Shown one piece after another: positions 1 through 7,949 of a stretch of 41,613 nt of DNA; within the stretch, counting starts at the first letter, position 1; each line of letters opens with the position of its first letter. The notes beneath the pieces are model-generated. The model was given only the letters and a program-made list of their open reading frames with translations. It ran no database searches and had not been told where the DNA came from. Origin of the DNA: Patescibacteria group bacterium (GTDB lineage Bacteria; Patescibacteriota; Minisyncoccia; UBA6257; GWB1-50-10); assembly GCA_038061595.1 (NCBI GenBank), contig JBBTYZ010000015.1:1-41613 (forward strand), in the 5' to 3' direction. The position numbers and the translations under genes were made by a program.

Positions 1-18
1 CAGCTGAGCTACTTCGGC
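1..18 (-). tRNA. tRNA gene, 5' fragment only (continues past the left window edge); isotype not determinable
   Basis: The reverse complement of nt 1-18 reads GCCGAAG-TA-GCTC-AGCTG. This is a 7-nt acceptor arm, U8/A9, a GCTC D-stem and the start of an AGCTGG-type D-loop, typical of bacterial elongator tRNAs. It lies 28 nt downstream of the trxB stop on the same strand. Confidence 0.45.
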
Positions 19-46
19 AACTTTAAACAATCTATACTCTAATACC

Positions 47-976
47 TCAACTCGTCCGTTTCAAGTAATCGTGGATGTTTAAGGCCGCCTTAACCGCATC
101 CCCCATAGATATATTGTTCTGCTTGTAAGAAACATCCGTAACGTCCCCTGCCGCCCAGATACCCGGCTCGGAAGTCTGCTGTGTTTTGTGATCAACAACA
201 ATCTCTCCCCAATCGTTCAATTTAACGATGTTTTTCACGAGATCATTATTTGGCATGCTTCCTATCTCTACGAATACTCCTTCGCATTTAATTTCCTTAA
301 TTTCACCACTCTTATCTTTATATTTCAAACCACTAACGGATGTTTCGCCAAAAACCTCTTGCATCTGCGCATTCAAAATTATTTCCACCTTAGGGTTGGA
401 ACGAATTTTATCCTGTGTAATCGGGTCGCCTTTCAAGGCGTCACTCCTGTGAATCAAGTAAATTTTTGACGCATATGGTATCAAATCAGTTACCGCCTCA
501 AGCCCTGAGTTTCCACCACCCGCAACCGCAACAACTTTATTTTTAAAAAGCGGGGCATCACAAGTGGCGCAATACGAAACTCCTTTTCCTTCAAGTTCGC
601 GCTCGCCCAAGATGTTAAGTTTTTTACGCCGACTACCCAAAGATATTAAAATAGTTTTTGCTTCCAACACTTTCCCATTTTCCACACTGACTTTGAAAGA
701 CTGATTTTTCTTATCGGCTATTTTTTCAATCTTTGAAACAAGAGTTCCATCCATTATTTCTATGTCTTCCTGCGCCCGCAAATGCTCTTCCATCATCTTC
801 GCGAGTTCCAACCCCGAAGCATTCTTTACGCCTATCCAGTTTTCCACGTCATTTGAAACAAGCGATTGACCACCAAAAAAATCCGTAACTAGAACGGTTT
901 TTATTTTTTTTCTTGCGGCGTAAATGCCGGCGGCTACTCCTGCCGGCCCCCCACCGATGATAACAAGGTCGTACAT
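47..976 (-). CDS. trxB: Thioredoxin-disulfide reductase (low-Mr TrxR)
   Basis: 309 aa. It has an FAD GxGxxG motif (VIIGGGPAG), the redox-active CATC dithiol (SYCATCDAPLF), a second Rossmann motif for NADPH (VAGGGNSGLEA) and a C-terminal AAGDV motif. Confidence 0.93.
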   Translation of the reverse strand: MYDLVIIGGGPAGVAAGIYAARKKIKTVLVTDFFGGQSLVSNDVENWIGVKNASGLELAKMMEEHLRAQEDIEIMDGTLVSKIEKIADKKNQSFKVSVENGKVLEAKTILISLGSRRKKLNILGERELEGKGVSYCATCDAPLFKNKVVAVAGGGNSGLEAVTDLIPYASKIYLIHRSDALKGDPITQDKIRSNPKVEIILNAQMQEVFGETSVSGLKYKDKSGEIKEIKCEGVFVEIGSMPNNDLVKNIVKLNDWGEIVVDHKTQQTSEPGIWAAGDVTDVSYKQNNISMGDAVKAALNIHDYLKRTS

Positions 977-980
977 CCTA

Positions 981-1217
981 CTATTGTTTTAAACCCAGCA
1001 CTTTCGATATCTCTTTACGATTAAAACCAACAAAAATTTGGCCATCTATATCTATCACCGGCACCCCTAATTGATGTGATGAATTAACCATCTCCTCCCT
1101 AGCATTGTCATCTTCCGCCACGTTATATTCCGTGTAATTTAAATTATTGGCTTTGAAATACTCCTTAGCCATTTTGCAATAAACACAGGTTGGTGTTGAA
1201 TAAATTTTTATAGACAT
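981..1217 (-). CDS. Glutaredoxin-like / NrdH-type small redoxin
   Basis: 78 aa with a thioredoxin fold and a CVYC active site directly after beta-1 (KIYSTPTCVYCKMAKEYF). Its stop is 4 nt upstream of the trxB ATG, suggesting translational coupling. Confidence 0.85.
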   Translation of the reverse strand: MSIKIYSTPTCVYCKMAKEYFKANNLNYTEYNVAEDDNAREEMVNSSHQLGVPVIDIDGQIFVGFNRKEISKVLGLKQ

Positions 1218-1221
1218 ATAT

Positions 1222-1389
1222 TTAATTTGGTTTTGAGGGAGTTAGGTTCCATAAAGCGAATATTATCATAAGTCCTCCTACCATCAAGTTGTTCCACAAT
1301 ACTAAATTGAGATCAGAAAAACCCAAGACCCACGGAGAAACAATAAGCCATACACCCAAAACAATAAGCGCCCAATAATTCCACTTCAT
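1222..1389 (-). CDS. Small (55 aa) SPW-repeat family membrane protein; not in the supplied ORF track (below its length cut-off)
   Basis: Hand translation from the ATG at 1389 gives MKWNYWALIVLGVWLIVSPWVLGFSDLNLVLWNNLMVGGLMIIFALWNLTPSKPN, ending at TAA 1224-1222. It has two hydrophobic helices, regularly spaced Trp and a literal SPW motif in helix 1, matching one unit of the Pfam SPW repeat. The stop is 4 nt before the glutaredoxin ATG. Confidence 0.7.
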   Translation of the reverse strand: MKWNYWALIVLGVWLIVSPWVLGFSDLNLVLWNNLMVGGLMIIFALWNLTPSKPN

Positions 1390-1403
1390 TCATATATATT
1401 ATA

Positions 1404-1434
1404 TAACAAAATTCCCGCTTTAAAAGCGGGAATT
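1404..1434 (-). terminator. Rho-independent terminator downstream of the Zn-ribbon gene
   Basis: Perfect inverted repeat AATTCCCGC(1410-1418)/GCGGGAATT(1426-1434) with an AT loop. On the minus strand it is followed by TTTTGTTAT. It lies 12 nt after the stop of CDS 1446..1637. Confidence 0.75.
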
Positions 1435-1445
1435 TCGGAAAACGT

Positions 1446-1637
1446 TTATCTTCGGAAAGACCTAACGCGTTCTCGGTGACAGTCACGGCACAACAGCTGG
1501 GTAAGACGCTGTGGATCTGGTTCAAATGGGAGCTCTGTTATATCAGCTCCGCACTTGGAACATTTCCAATTGCCTTGCACCATCGGTCGCTTGAATCCGT
1601 CTCCTGCGCCACCTTGGTTATTACGATCAAAAGCCAT
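1446..1637 (-). CDS. Small zinc-ribbon protein (CxxC-x20-CxxC), resembling the 'CxxC-x17-CxxC domain' proteins
   Basis: 63 aa with a Gly/Arg-rich N-terminus, then CSKCG...ELPFEPD...CRDC. This is four Cys in two CxxC knuckles around an E-x-PF-x-P core, followed by a basic tail. Confidence 0.7.
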   Translation of the reverse strand: MAFDRNNQGGAGDGFKRPMVQGNWKCSKCGADITELPFEPDPQRLTQLLCRDCHRERVRSFRR

Positions 1638-1743
1638 TTTGCTTTTTTTAACGTACTTTTCGTCCCTTTTCGTTTAGGGTCTCCAGCAACATGGCTTTGA
1701 TGCGATCACTGCTCGAAATTGAGGATTACTAAACTTGATGATG

Positions 1744-1772
1744 AGCATACTCCTATATGGACATTCTGTCAA
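1744..1772 (-). promoter_or_regulatory. Candidate sigma70-type promoter for the Zn-ribbon gene
   Basis: The minus strand reads TTGACA (1772-1767), a 17-nt spacer, then TATGCT (1749-1744). It sits just downstream of the dsbA-like stop and about 105 nt upstream of the ATG at 1637. Confidence 0.4.
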
Positions 1773-1776
1773 CCCC

Positions 1777-2526
1777 CTAGTTCTTCAAGGCCTCTTCAAC
1801 CATCGCCTTTACCCTGTCATAAGGAAGGGCCCCTGGAACAACATAGTATTTCCCCTTCGGCGAAATTATTATTGAATGAGGAGTTCCTTTTCCTCCGGAG
1901 TTTTGCGCATCCTTTGACTGAGACTCCACAAGGTCAGCAAACTTGCCGCTAGATAAACACGATTCAAACTTGGCTTGATCCAAACCAATTTGCACGGCTA
2001 ATTTTGGGAGCATAGCGGGCGCAATTATTGCACTTGTAGCTGTTGGTTCAAAAATCTTGCCGATATAGGACCAAAAGGCGTTGTTACCTCCTTGATCCGC
2101 AGCGCATTCTGAAGCTTCAGCCGCCTTTCTTGCACTAAGATGTATTGCATCCAATGGGAAATGACGATAGGCCCAAACAACTTTTCCTCCAGATTCATTC
2201 ACGATCTTTTCCAAAACGGGATGAAAGTTTCTACAAAACGGGCATTCTAAATCTGAAAACTCTATTATTTTCAGCGGAGCTTTGGGGTCGCCAAAATAAT
2301 GGTCTTTGTTTGAAAATGGCTTTACGTTTTTAATAAGTGATGCGACTTCCGAATCAGTGGGAGCTGAAGGAGCTACTTGGTCAGAAGGTTTTTTTCCAAC
2401 ATTGTAAACCAACGAAACAGAAATAAGAACGGCTGAAATCAGAATACTTGCCGGCAATAAATAATCTTTTTTTACCTTACCAACTTCTTGCTCGTGATGT
2501 TTGTGTTGTTCGTGATTTTCTTGCAT
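1777..2526 (-). CDS. Membrane-anchored DsbA-family thiol:disulfide oxidoreductase
   Basis: 249 aa with a His/Glu-rich N-terminus (QENHEQHKHHEQE) and one TM helix (LLPASILISAVLISVSLVY). The thioredoxin-fold domain carries a CPFC active site (FSDLECPFCRNFHP). Confidence 0.85.
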   Translation of the reverse strand: MQENHEQHKHHEQEVGKVKKDYLLPASILISAVLISVSLVYNVGKKPSDQVAPSAPTDSEVASLIKNVKPFSNKDHYFGDPKAPLKIIEFSDLECPFCRNFHPVLEKIVNESGGKVVWAYRHFPLDAIHLSARKAAEASECAADQGGNNAFWSYIGKIFEPTATSAIIAPAMLPKLAVQIGLDQAKFESCLSSGKFADLVESQSKDAQNSGGKGTPHSIIISPKGKYYVVPGALPYDRVKAMVEEALKN

Positions 2527-2537
2527 CTTAGAATGTA

Positions 2538-2546
2538 TGTTAAAAT
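2538..2546 (+). promoter_or_regulatory. Candidate extended -10 element (TGTTAAAAT) for the plus-strand module
   Basis: TGnTAAAAT sits 10 nt upstream of the ATG at 2557 with no Shine-Dalgarno in between, implying a very short or absent leader. The identical 9-mer recurs on the minus strand at 23835-23843, in the 144-nt gap upstream of the SDR gene. Confidence 0.3.
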
Positions 2547-2556
2547 TTTAGATACT

Positions 2557-4029
2557 ATGGATTACAAAGTCAAATTGGGGGAAATAAAGAAATTTATGTT
2601 TGAGAATACGTCTCTTAAACAGACTCTATTGAAAAATACATTTTGGCTATCTTTCGGCAACATTGCTGGACGGTTTATTAAAGCTATTTTAATAATTTAT
2701 TCCGCCAGAGTCTTGGGAGTAGCCGGCTATGGCACATTTTCGTATATCTTAACCTTAGCCGCGTTTTTATCTTTATTCGCTGATCTGGGGGTAACAGCAA
2801 TTATCACGAGAGAGGGCGCAAAAGACCACACAAGATTACCGTTCTTTTTAGCGACTGCTTTTTATATGAAGTTGGGTCTTTCGTTTATCAGTGTCTTAAC
2901 CGTCATTTTCGTAGCGCCATTTTTTACACAGATACCGGACGCAATGAAACTATTGCCATTAGCTGCACTACTCATAGTCCTGGATAATTTCAGAGATTTG
3001 TTTATAAGCATAGGCCGTTCGCAACAACGAATGGAAAAGGAGGCATTAATCAACATCTTCACCTATATTGCAATCACAATAAGCGGTATTGTCGCTCTTG
3101 TTATTTTTTCTTCAGTAAAAAGCCTAATCATTGGCTACATAATTGGCTCGGCAACCGGAACTCTTTTCGCCTTCATTCTTTTCAGACATCATTTCGTTGG
3201 GATTTGGCACCATTATGACAAAACACTGTTCAAAAAAATTTTTGCTGAGGGGTGGATGTTTGCCCTGTGGGGTCTTTTGGGCGGTATTATGCTAAACACA
3301 GACACGATAATGTTGGGTTGGCTCACTAATGCGCAAGAAGTTGGGTATTATTCCGCGGCACAAAGAACCATTCTTATCTTATATACCATACCGGCTCTTT
3401 TGGCCTCAGCGTTTTTTCCTGTTTTTGCAAAACTGGCCAATAAAGATGATAGTCGGTTTAGCTCCGTATTTGAAAAATCTATAAAGATCTCTTTAATGAT
3501 AGCGCTTCCCATGATAGCCGGTGGTTTAATTTTGTCATATAAAATTATTCAATTGCTTTATGGCAATGCTTATACGCCTTCCGTAACAACATTTTCTATT
3601 CTTTTGTTCACGGTGCTCATAGTGTTCCCAAGCACTTTTATAGGAAATGCTATATTTGCATACAACAAACATAAAGTTTTCGTTGGCTTCTTGACCCTGG
3701 GCGTATTGAGCAATGTGACCTTGAACTATCTTTTAATTCCACGCTTTGGAATAGAAGGCTCGGCTGTGGCAACGATCATCGCACAGCTTTTGGCAAACGG
3801 CCTTGGCTTTATTGAAATGAAGAAAATAAACAACTTTAAAGTATTGAAATATTTGCCGAAGATTTTCATGGCGACGATTGTTATGTCGATTCTTACTCTA
3901 TTTCTAAATAATTTGGGAGTAAATGTTGTAATAAACATTATGATTTCCTCTATTGTTTATTTCGGGATTCTTTATTTATTAAAAGAGTCGCTCCTTGACA
4001 AGAGAGCGCTTTTTGATACTTTGAGGTAA
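2557..4029 (+). CDS. wzx: Wzx-type oligosaccharide flippase (MOP superfamily, polysaccharide biosynthesis protein)
   Basis: About 490 aa and multi-TM (12-14 helices). The N-terminal motif KNTFWLSFGNIAGRFIKAILIIYSARVLG..YG.FSY and the overall layout match Polysacc_synt flippases, and it is a clear paralog of CDS 16655..18124. The start was moved from the track's TTG at 2488, which overlaps dsbA, to the ATG at 2557. The ATG at 2596 is an alternative. Confidence 0.85.
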   Translation: MDYKVKLGEIKKFMFENTSLKQTLLKNTFWLSFGNIAGRFIKAILIIYSARVLGVAGYGTFSYILTLAAFLSLFADLGVTAIITREGAKDHTRLPFFLATAFYMKLGLSFISVLTVIFVAPFFTQIPDAMKLLPLAALLIVLDNFRDLFISIGRSQQRMEKEALINIFTYIAITISGIVALVIFSSVKSLIIGYIIGSATGTLFAFILFRHHFVGIWHHYDKTLFKKIFAEGWMFALWGLLGGIMLNTDTIMLGWLTNAQEVGYYSAAQRTILILYTIPALLASAFFPVFAKLANKDDSRFSSVFEKSIKISLMIALPMIAGGLILSYKIIQLLYGNAYTPSVTTFSILLFTVLIVFPSTFIGNAIFAYNKHKVFVGFLTLGVLSNVTLNYLLIPRFGIEGSAVATIIAQLLANGLGFIEMKKINNFKVLKYLPKIFMATIVMSILTLFLNNLGVNVVINIMISSIVYFGILYLLKESLLDKRALFDTLR

Positions 4030-4037
4030 GCTTTTTG

Positions 4038-4058
4038 CCCCCTTCATAAAAAAGGGGG
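4038..4058 (+). promoter_or_regulatory. GC hairpin overlapping the only G-rich (SD-like) tract upstream of the GTG start of the DUF502-like gene
   Basis: CCCCCTT(4038-4044)/AAGGGGG(4052-4058) with a 7-nt loop and no U-tail on either strand, so it is not a canonical terminator. The 3' arm is the GGGGGGG tract 4-10 nt upstream of the GTG at 4064. Confidence 0.3.
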
Positions 4059-4063
4059 GGTCA

Positions 4064-4648
4064 GTGAAAGAAACTGTTTCCCGATTATCGAAGCTAAAAA
4101 GAAGAATGTGGAAGGGATTCGTCGCGCTAATAGTTCTCGCTCTATTGTTTTCTCTAGCGAAATCGACGATTTACCCGTTCTTTGATTCACTGTTTTCTGG
4201 TTTCTTGAACTTAGTGATACCACTCATAACCACCCAAAAGATTTTCACCGTTCCTATTGCCCTGATTTTTGTACCAATTATTTTGTTCGCATTGATTTAT
4301 CTTCTGGGATTACTTAGCGATTCTTTACAACTCAAAAAACCACTGATAAGAATGATATCAAAAAGGGTTCCGTTGGTGGATATTTTTAGGAGAGTACAAG
4401 AGAACCCTGAGTCTCTCATAGAAGTAATGTTCGAATTAGCCCCTGGCGTATTCAAAAAGGGCATTTTGATTGAAGAAAAAGAATATCCATTTCTAAACGG
4501 TATTGTGATATGTTCTATTTTTGAGCCCTGTCCTATTTCTCCGGGCGGAATAATATATTACGTACGAAAGGGTAGGGTCATAGTAACCGGACGCAACGCA
4601 ACAGAGACCATAAAAGAAATCACGTTTGGCTACGGCTACTCATCATAA
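4064..4648 (+). CDS. DUF502-like integral membrane protein
   Basis: 194 aa with a GTG start. Two or three N-terminal TM helices are followed by RVPLVDIFRRV and a C-terminal IFEPCPISPGGIIYYV...TETIKEITFGYG segment, matching the DUF502 pattern (iPlv..iY ... vPttPnPtsGf...S.G). Confidence 0.5.
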   Translation: MKETVSRLSKLKRRMWKGFVALIVLALLFSLAKSTIYPFFDSLFSGFLNLVIPLITTQKIFTVPIALIFVPIILFALIYLLGLLSDSLQLKKPLIRMISKRVPLVDIFRRVQENPESLIEVMFELAPGVFKKGILIEEKEYPFLNGIVICSIFEPCPISPGGIIYYVRKGRVIVTGRNATETIKEITFGYGYSS

Positions 4649-4657
4649 AAACATAAC

Positions 4658-4683
4658 AAAACCCGCAAATTTGCGGGTTTTTG
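4658..4683 (+). terminator. Rho-independent terminator
   Basis: AAAACCCGC(4658-4666)/GCGGGTTTT(4673-4681), a GC-rich stem followed by a T5 tract, 10 nt after the stop at 4648. Confidence 0.75.
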
Positions 4684-4705
4684 ATTCAACGGCTACCATA
4701 TACGT

Positions 4706-6028
4706 ATGTCAACAGCAAAAAAGCTAGTTTTACTCATAGGCGATGTTTTTTCGCTTTATTTATCGTTAATTTTAACCCTTCTCATAAGGTATGGCGTGGT
4801 TGATTTCGAAAAACACTTAGTAAGCCACCTACTGCCCTTTTCTCTGATTTTCGTCGTTTGGCTCCTCATATTCTATCTATCAGACCTCTATCGGCCAAGG
4901 AAACTGGGTGGGGCTTACAAAACTTTCGGCTCTCTTTTTGTTGCCGCATCTCTTTCAATAATAGTCTCTATAATCTTATTCTATTTGTTTGTGGGATTCT
5001 TTAACTTGACGCCAAAGACGAATCTTTTTGTGTTCGGCGGACTTTTCTTATTAACTAGCTGGCTTTGGAGAATAATATTAATAAAATTATTCACGGCAGG
5101 AGCAACGGAGGCAATAATATTAGGAGACTCTCCATTGATTCAAGGCACGATCAATCATTTGGCAGATAACCCACAAACTGGATATAAGATAGTAGATTGG
5201 CTTAAAGACCCGAAAGGTGGGAATGCGAAAGATATCATAGAAAGCATTAAAACAAAAAAAGCGCAGTTAATAATAATAATTCAGCCCCACCTTACAAAAG
5301 AAACAACAACTCAATTGGTCAAGGAATTTCTGCCACTAGAGATGGATTTTGTTAACTTCTGGGATTTCTATGAATCTATTTTCGAAAAAGTTCCGTTTGA
5401 TGAATTAGAAGAGGGGTGGTTTATGGAAAATATAACTACGCGTAGACCCTTCTATGACGCCGCTAAGCGCGGGGTAGATTTTTTTCTATCGTTTTCTTTA
5501 GGTCTCATTTTTCTCCCACTCGCAGTGATTATCGGAATCGCTGTAGCGCTTACGTCTCGCGGCCCAATTACATTAAAACAAGAGAGGCGGGGCAAAAACA
5601 GCCAAGTATTCACTCTGTATAAATTTCGCACAATGAGCACTTGGACGGGCGGCAATGACGGCACTCCAGCCTGGACGCTGAAGGATGATCCACGCATAAC
5701 GCCTTTTGGTAAATTATTACGCTTTACACATCTTGATGAACTACCCCAGCTTCTGAACATATTAATCGGGGATATTTCTTTCACCGGCCCTCGTCCAGAA
5801 CGCACTGAACTCGCAGAAAAGTATGAGAATTTGCCGTACTACGAAATGCGCCACATAGTGAAGCCAGGCCTAACTGGTTGGGCACAAATTAATTACAAAC
5901 CAAGCGCATCCTTAGAAGAAGCAAAAGAAAAACTAAAATACGATATTTATTATGTAAAAAATAGGTCGTTCTTTTTGGATGTGCTCATAATAATAAGAAC
6001 AGTTAGATATATCTTTCTGTCGCATTAG
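4706..6028 (+). CDS. Polyprenyl-phosphate sugar phosphotransferase (WbaP/EpsL-type initiating phosphoglycosyltransferase)
   Basis: 440 aa with N-terminal TM helices, a central Rossmann-like linker and the C-terminal bacterial sugar transferase domain. Hallmark strings are KRGVDFFLS...LYKFRTM, DDPRITPFGKLLRFTHLDELPQLLNIL.GDISF.GPRPE and KPGLTGWAQINY. Confidence 0.92.
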   Translation: MSTAKKLVLLIGDVFSLYLSLILTLLIRYGVVDFEKHLVSHLLPFSLIFVVWLLIFYLSDLYRPRKLGGAYKTFGSLFVAASLSIIVSIILFYLFVGFFNLTPKTNLFVFGGLFLLTSWLWRIILIKLFTAGATEAIILGDSPLIQGTINHLADNPQTGYKIVDWLKDPKGGNAKDIIESIKTKKAQLIIIIQPHLTKETTTQLVKEFLPLEMDFVNFWDFYESIFEKVPFDELEEGWFMENITTRRPFYDAAKRGVDFFLSFSLGLIFLPLAVIIGIAVALTSRGPITLKQERRGKNSQVFTLYKFRTMSTWTGGNDGTPAWTLKDDPRITPFGKLLRFTHLDELPQLLNILIGDISFTGPRPERTELAEKYENLPYYEMRHIVKPGLTGWAQINYKPSASLEEAKEKLKYDIYYVKNRSFFLDVLIIIRTVRYIFLSH

Positions 6029-6040
6029 TAAATCAACAAT

Positions 6041-7942
6041 ATGTGTGGAATAAGCGGCGTATATCATTTCGGAAATTCAAAAACGGTAAACGTTAAGGAT
6101 GTCGTGAAAATGCAGGACACGCTTATTCATCGTGGCCCCGATGGCGGAGCCGATTACATATCGCCGAACAAAAAAGTTGGTCTTTCCCAGAGACGCCTTG
6201 CGATAATAGATCTTTCTAAAGAAGCGGCCTGCCCAATGACAAATGAGAAGGGCAATGTTTGGATAACCTATAACGGCGAAATATATAATTTCGAATCAGT
6301 TAAAGAAGAGCTTGTTAAGAAAGGTTATAAATTCAAAACCCAAGGCGATACGGAGGTTATTCTCTATGGCTATGAAGAGTGGGGCCCGGATGTAGTCAAA
6401 AAACTGAATGGCATGTTTGCCTTCGTAATTTGGGATGAAGAAAATAATGTTCTTTTCGCCGCAAGAGACCATATGGGTGTAAAGCCGTTCTTTTATAGCG
6501 TCCAAAATGAAACCTTTTATTTCGGCTCGGAGATAAAAGCGATACTCGCCCATCCGGATTTCAAGAAAGAATTAAACGAAGTTGGTGTTTTTCATTACTT
6601 AACATTTTCCTCAACTCCTGCGCCGCACACTCTTTTCAAAGATGTTCAAAAACTTGAAGCGGCGCATTATCTCCTAATACGAAATGGAAAAATAGAAACA
6701 AAAGAATATTGGTCGCCTGTAAACGGTGAGGGCGAAAACCTGAACGAAAGCCAATATATTGAGCGCGTCCGTTCTTTGCTTGAGGACTCCGTCCGTTCGC
6801 AAATGGTCTCGGATGTTCCCTTCGGCTGTTTCCTCTCCGGCGGAATTGATTCCTCAACAAACGCGGCTTTGATGAGCAAGGCGCTGGGAAAGCCGGTTGA
6901 GACATTCTCCGTCGGCTACAAAAATTTTGACGAGAAAAATGAGTTTCAATATTCGCGGATGATGGCGAAAGAGTTGGGAGCGAAAAATCATGAAATTCTG
7001 CTTGATGAATCACACATGCGGAAATTCTTGGACGAGTATGCCCACTATGCCGATGATCCAAACGGTGATCAGGTCTGCTTTCCCCTCTTCTGGCTTTCAA
7101 AACTAACAAAAGACAATGGCGTAACTGTAATTCAAATTGGCGAAGGGGCAGATGAACTTTTTGCCGGATACGAGACATACCTCAAGGCAATCCGGCTTCG
7201 CGAAACTGTTTGGGACAAACTGGGCGCTCTCCCCGACTTCTTGAAGAAATCATTGCAAGCGGGAAAATGGATGTTTAATGATTTCCAAAGAGAATATATA
7301 CGAAGACTTGTTTTGAACCAAGAACCTTTTTGGGGACTCGCAACCGCGTTTGGCGGAGAAATGAAGTGCGATCTTTTAACCGAGGGCTTTAAGAAGAAAC
7401 AGAGCAAATCAAGCTACGAAGTGGTTAAGCACCGCTACGACGAGATAAGAGCTGTGGATCCCAAAGCCGATTACCTCAAGCAAATGACCTATTTTGAACT
7501 AAAACACCGCCTGCCGGAGTTCTTGCTCGCCCGAGCGGACAAAATGACTATGGCCCACTCGGTTGAGGGCAGGGTGCCTTTCTTGGATAAACGCCTTGTT
7601 GAATTAGCGTTCAACATGCCGACCGACATAAAAATAAAAGGCGGGAACACAAAACACATCTTGAAAAAAGCTGTTGAAGGAATAATCCCCCAGGAAATAA
7701 TAGACAGAAAGAAACAGGGATTTGGAAATCCGATTGGCGAATGGCTAAAACCGGGAAACCCAATCTCAAAAGAATTAACCGATATAATCTTCAACTCAAA
7801 CCTCCGAAAGCAGGACATATTGAATTACGAATACGTTAAAAAAATAATTCACGACCATCAGCACAGAAATACGGATAACGGCTTCAAAATTTGGAACCTA
7901 ATCACCCTTTCTCTTTGGTACGATTATTGGTTTAAGGTATAA
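6041..7942 (+). CDS. asnB: Asparagine synthase (glutamine-hydrolysing) family amidotransferase, probably a sugar/uronate amidotransferase in this context
   Basis: 633 aa with the N-terminal nucleophile MCGI (Ntn glutaminase domain) and the PP-loop SGGIDSS in the synthetase domain. Confidence 0.88.
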   Translation: MCGISGVYHFGNSKTVNVKDVVKMQDTLIHRGPDGGADYISPNKKVGLSQRRLAIIDLSKEAACPMTNEKGNVWITYNGEIYNFESVKEELVKKGYKFKTQGDTEVILYGYEEWGPDVVKKLNGMFAFVIWDEENNVLFAARDHMGVKPFFYSVQNETFYFGSEIKAILAHPDFKKELNEVGVFHYLTFSSTPAPHTLFKDVQKLEAAHYLLIRNGKIETKEYWSPVNGEGENLNESQYIERVRSLLEDSVRSQMVSDVPFGCFLSGGIDSSTNAALMSKALGKPVETFSVGYKNFDEKNEFQYSRMMAKELGAKNHEILLDESHMRKFLDEYAHYADDPNGDQVCFPLFWLSKLTKDNGVTVIQIGEGADELFAGYETYLKAIRLRETVWDKLGALPDFLKKSLQAGKWMFNDFQREYIRRLVLNQEPFWGLATAFGGEMKCDLLTEGFKKKQSKSSYEVVKHRYDEIRAVDPKADYLKQMTYFELKHRLPEFLLARADKMTMAHSVEGRVPFLDKRLVELAFNMPTDIKIKGGNTKHILKKAVEGIIPQEIIDRKKQGFGNPIGEWLKPGNPISKELTDIIFNSNLRKQDILNYEYVKKIIHDHQHRNTDNGFKIWNLITLSLWYDYWFKV

Positions 7943-7949
7943 TTTTTTC

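Noticed and set aside
1313-1525. 70-aa minus-strand ORF from the track
   Set aside because: It spans the strong terminator hairpin (1410-1434) and overlaps the 3' end of the Zn-ribbon CDS. It also shares sequence, in another frame, with the much more convincing SPW-repeat ORF at 1222..1389.
2488-2556. N-terminal extension of the first flippase (track start at 2488)
   Set aside because: Position 2488 is a TTG, and the extension overlaps the 5' end of the divergent dsbA-like gene. The paralogous flippase shows the conserved region begins about 15-20 aa after the start, which fits the ATG at 2557 or 2596.
6636-7178. 180-aa minus-strand ORF, plus 6667..6879, 7132..7407 and 7489..7818, antisense to the asnB-like gene
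   Set aside because: They lie entirely inside a CDS with unmistakable AsnB motifs (MCGI, SGGIDSS) on the other strand. Their products are Arg/Ser/Pro-rich and low-complexity with no recognisable motifs. These are typical shadow ORFs.
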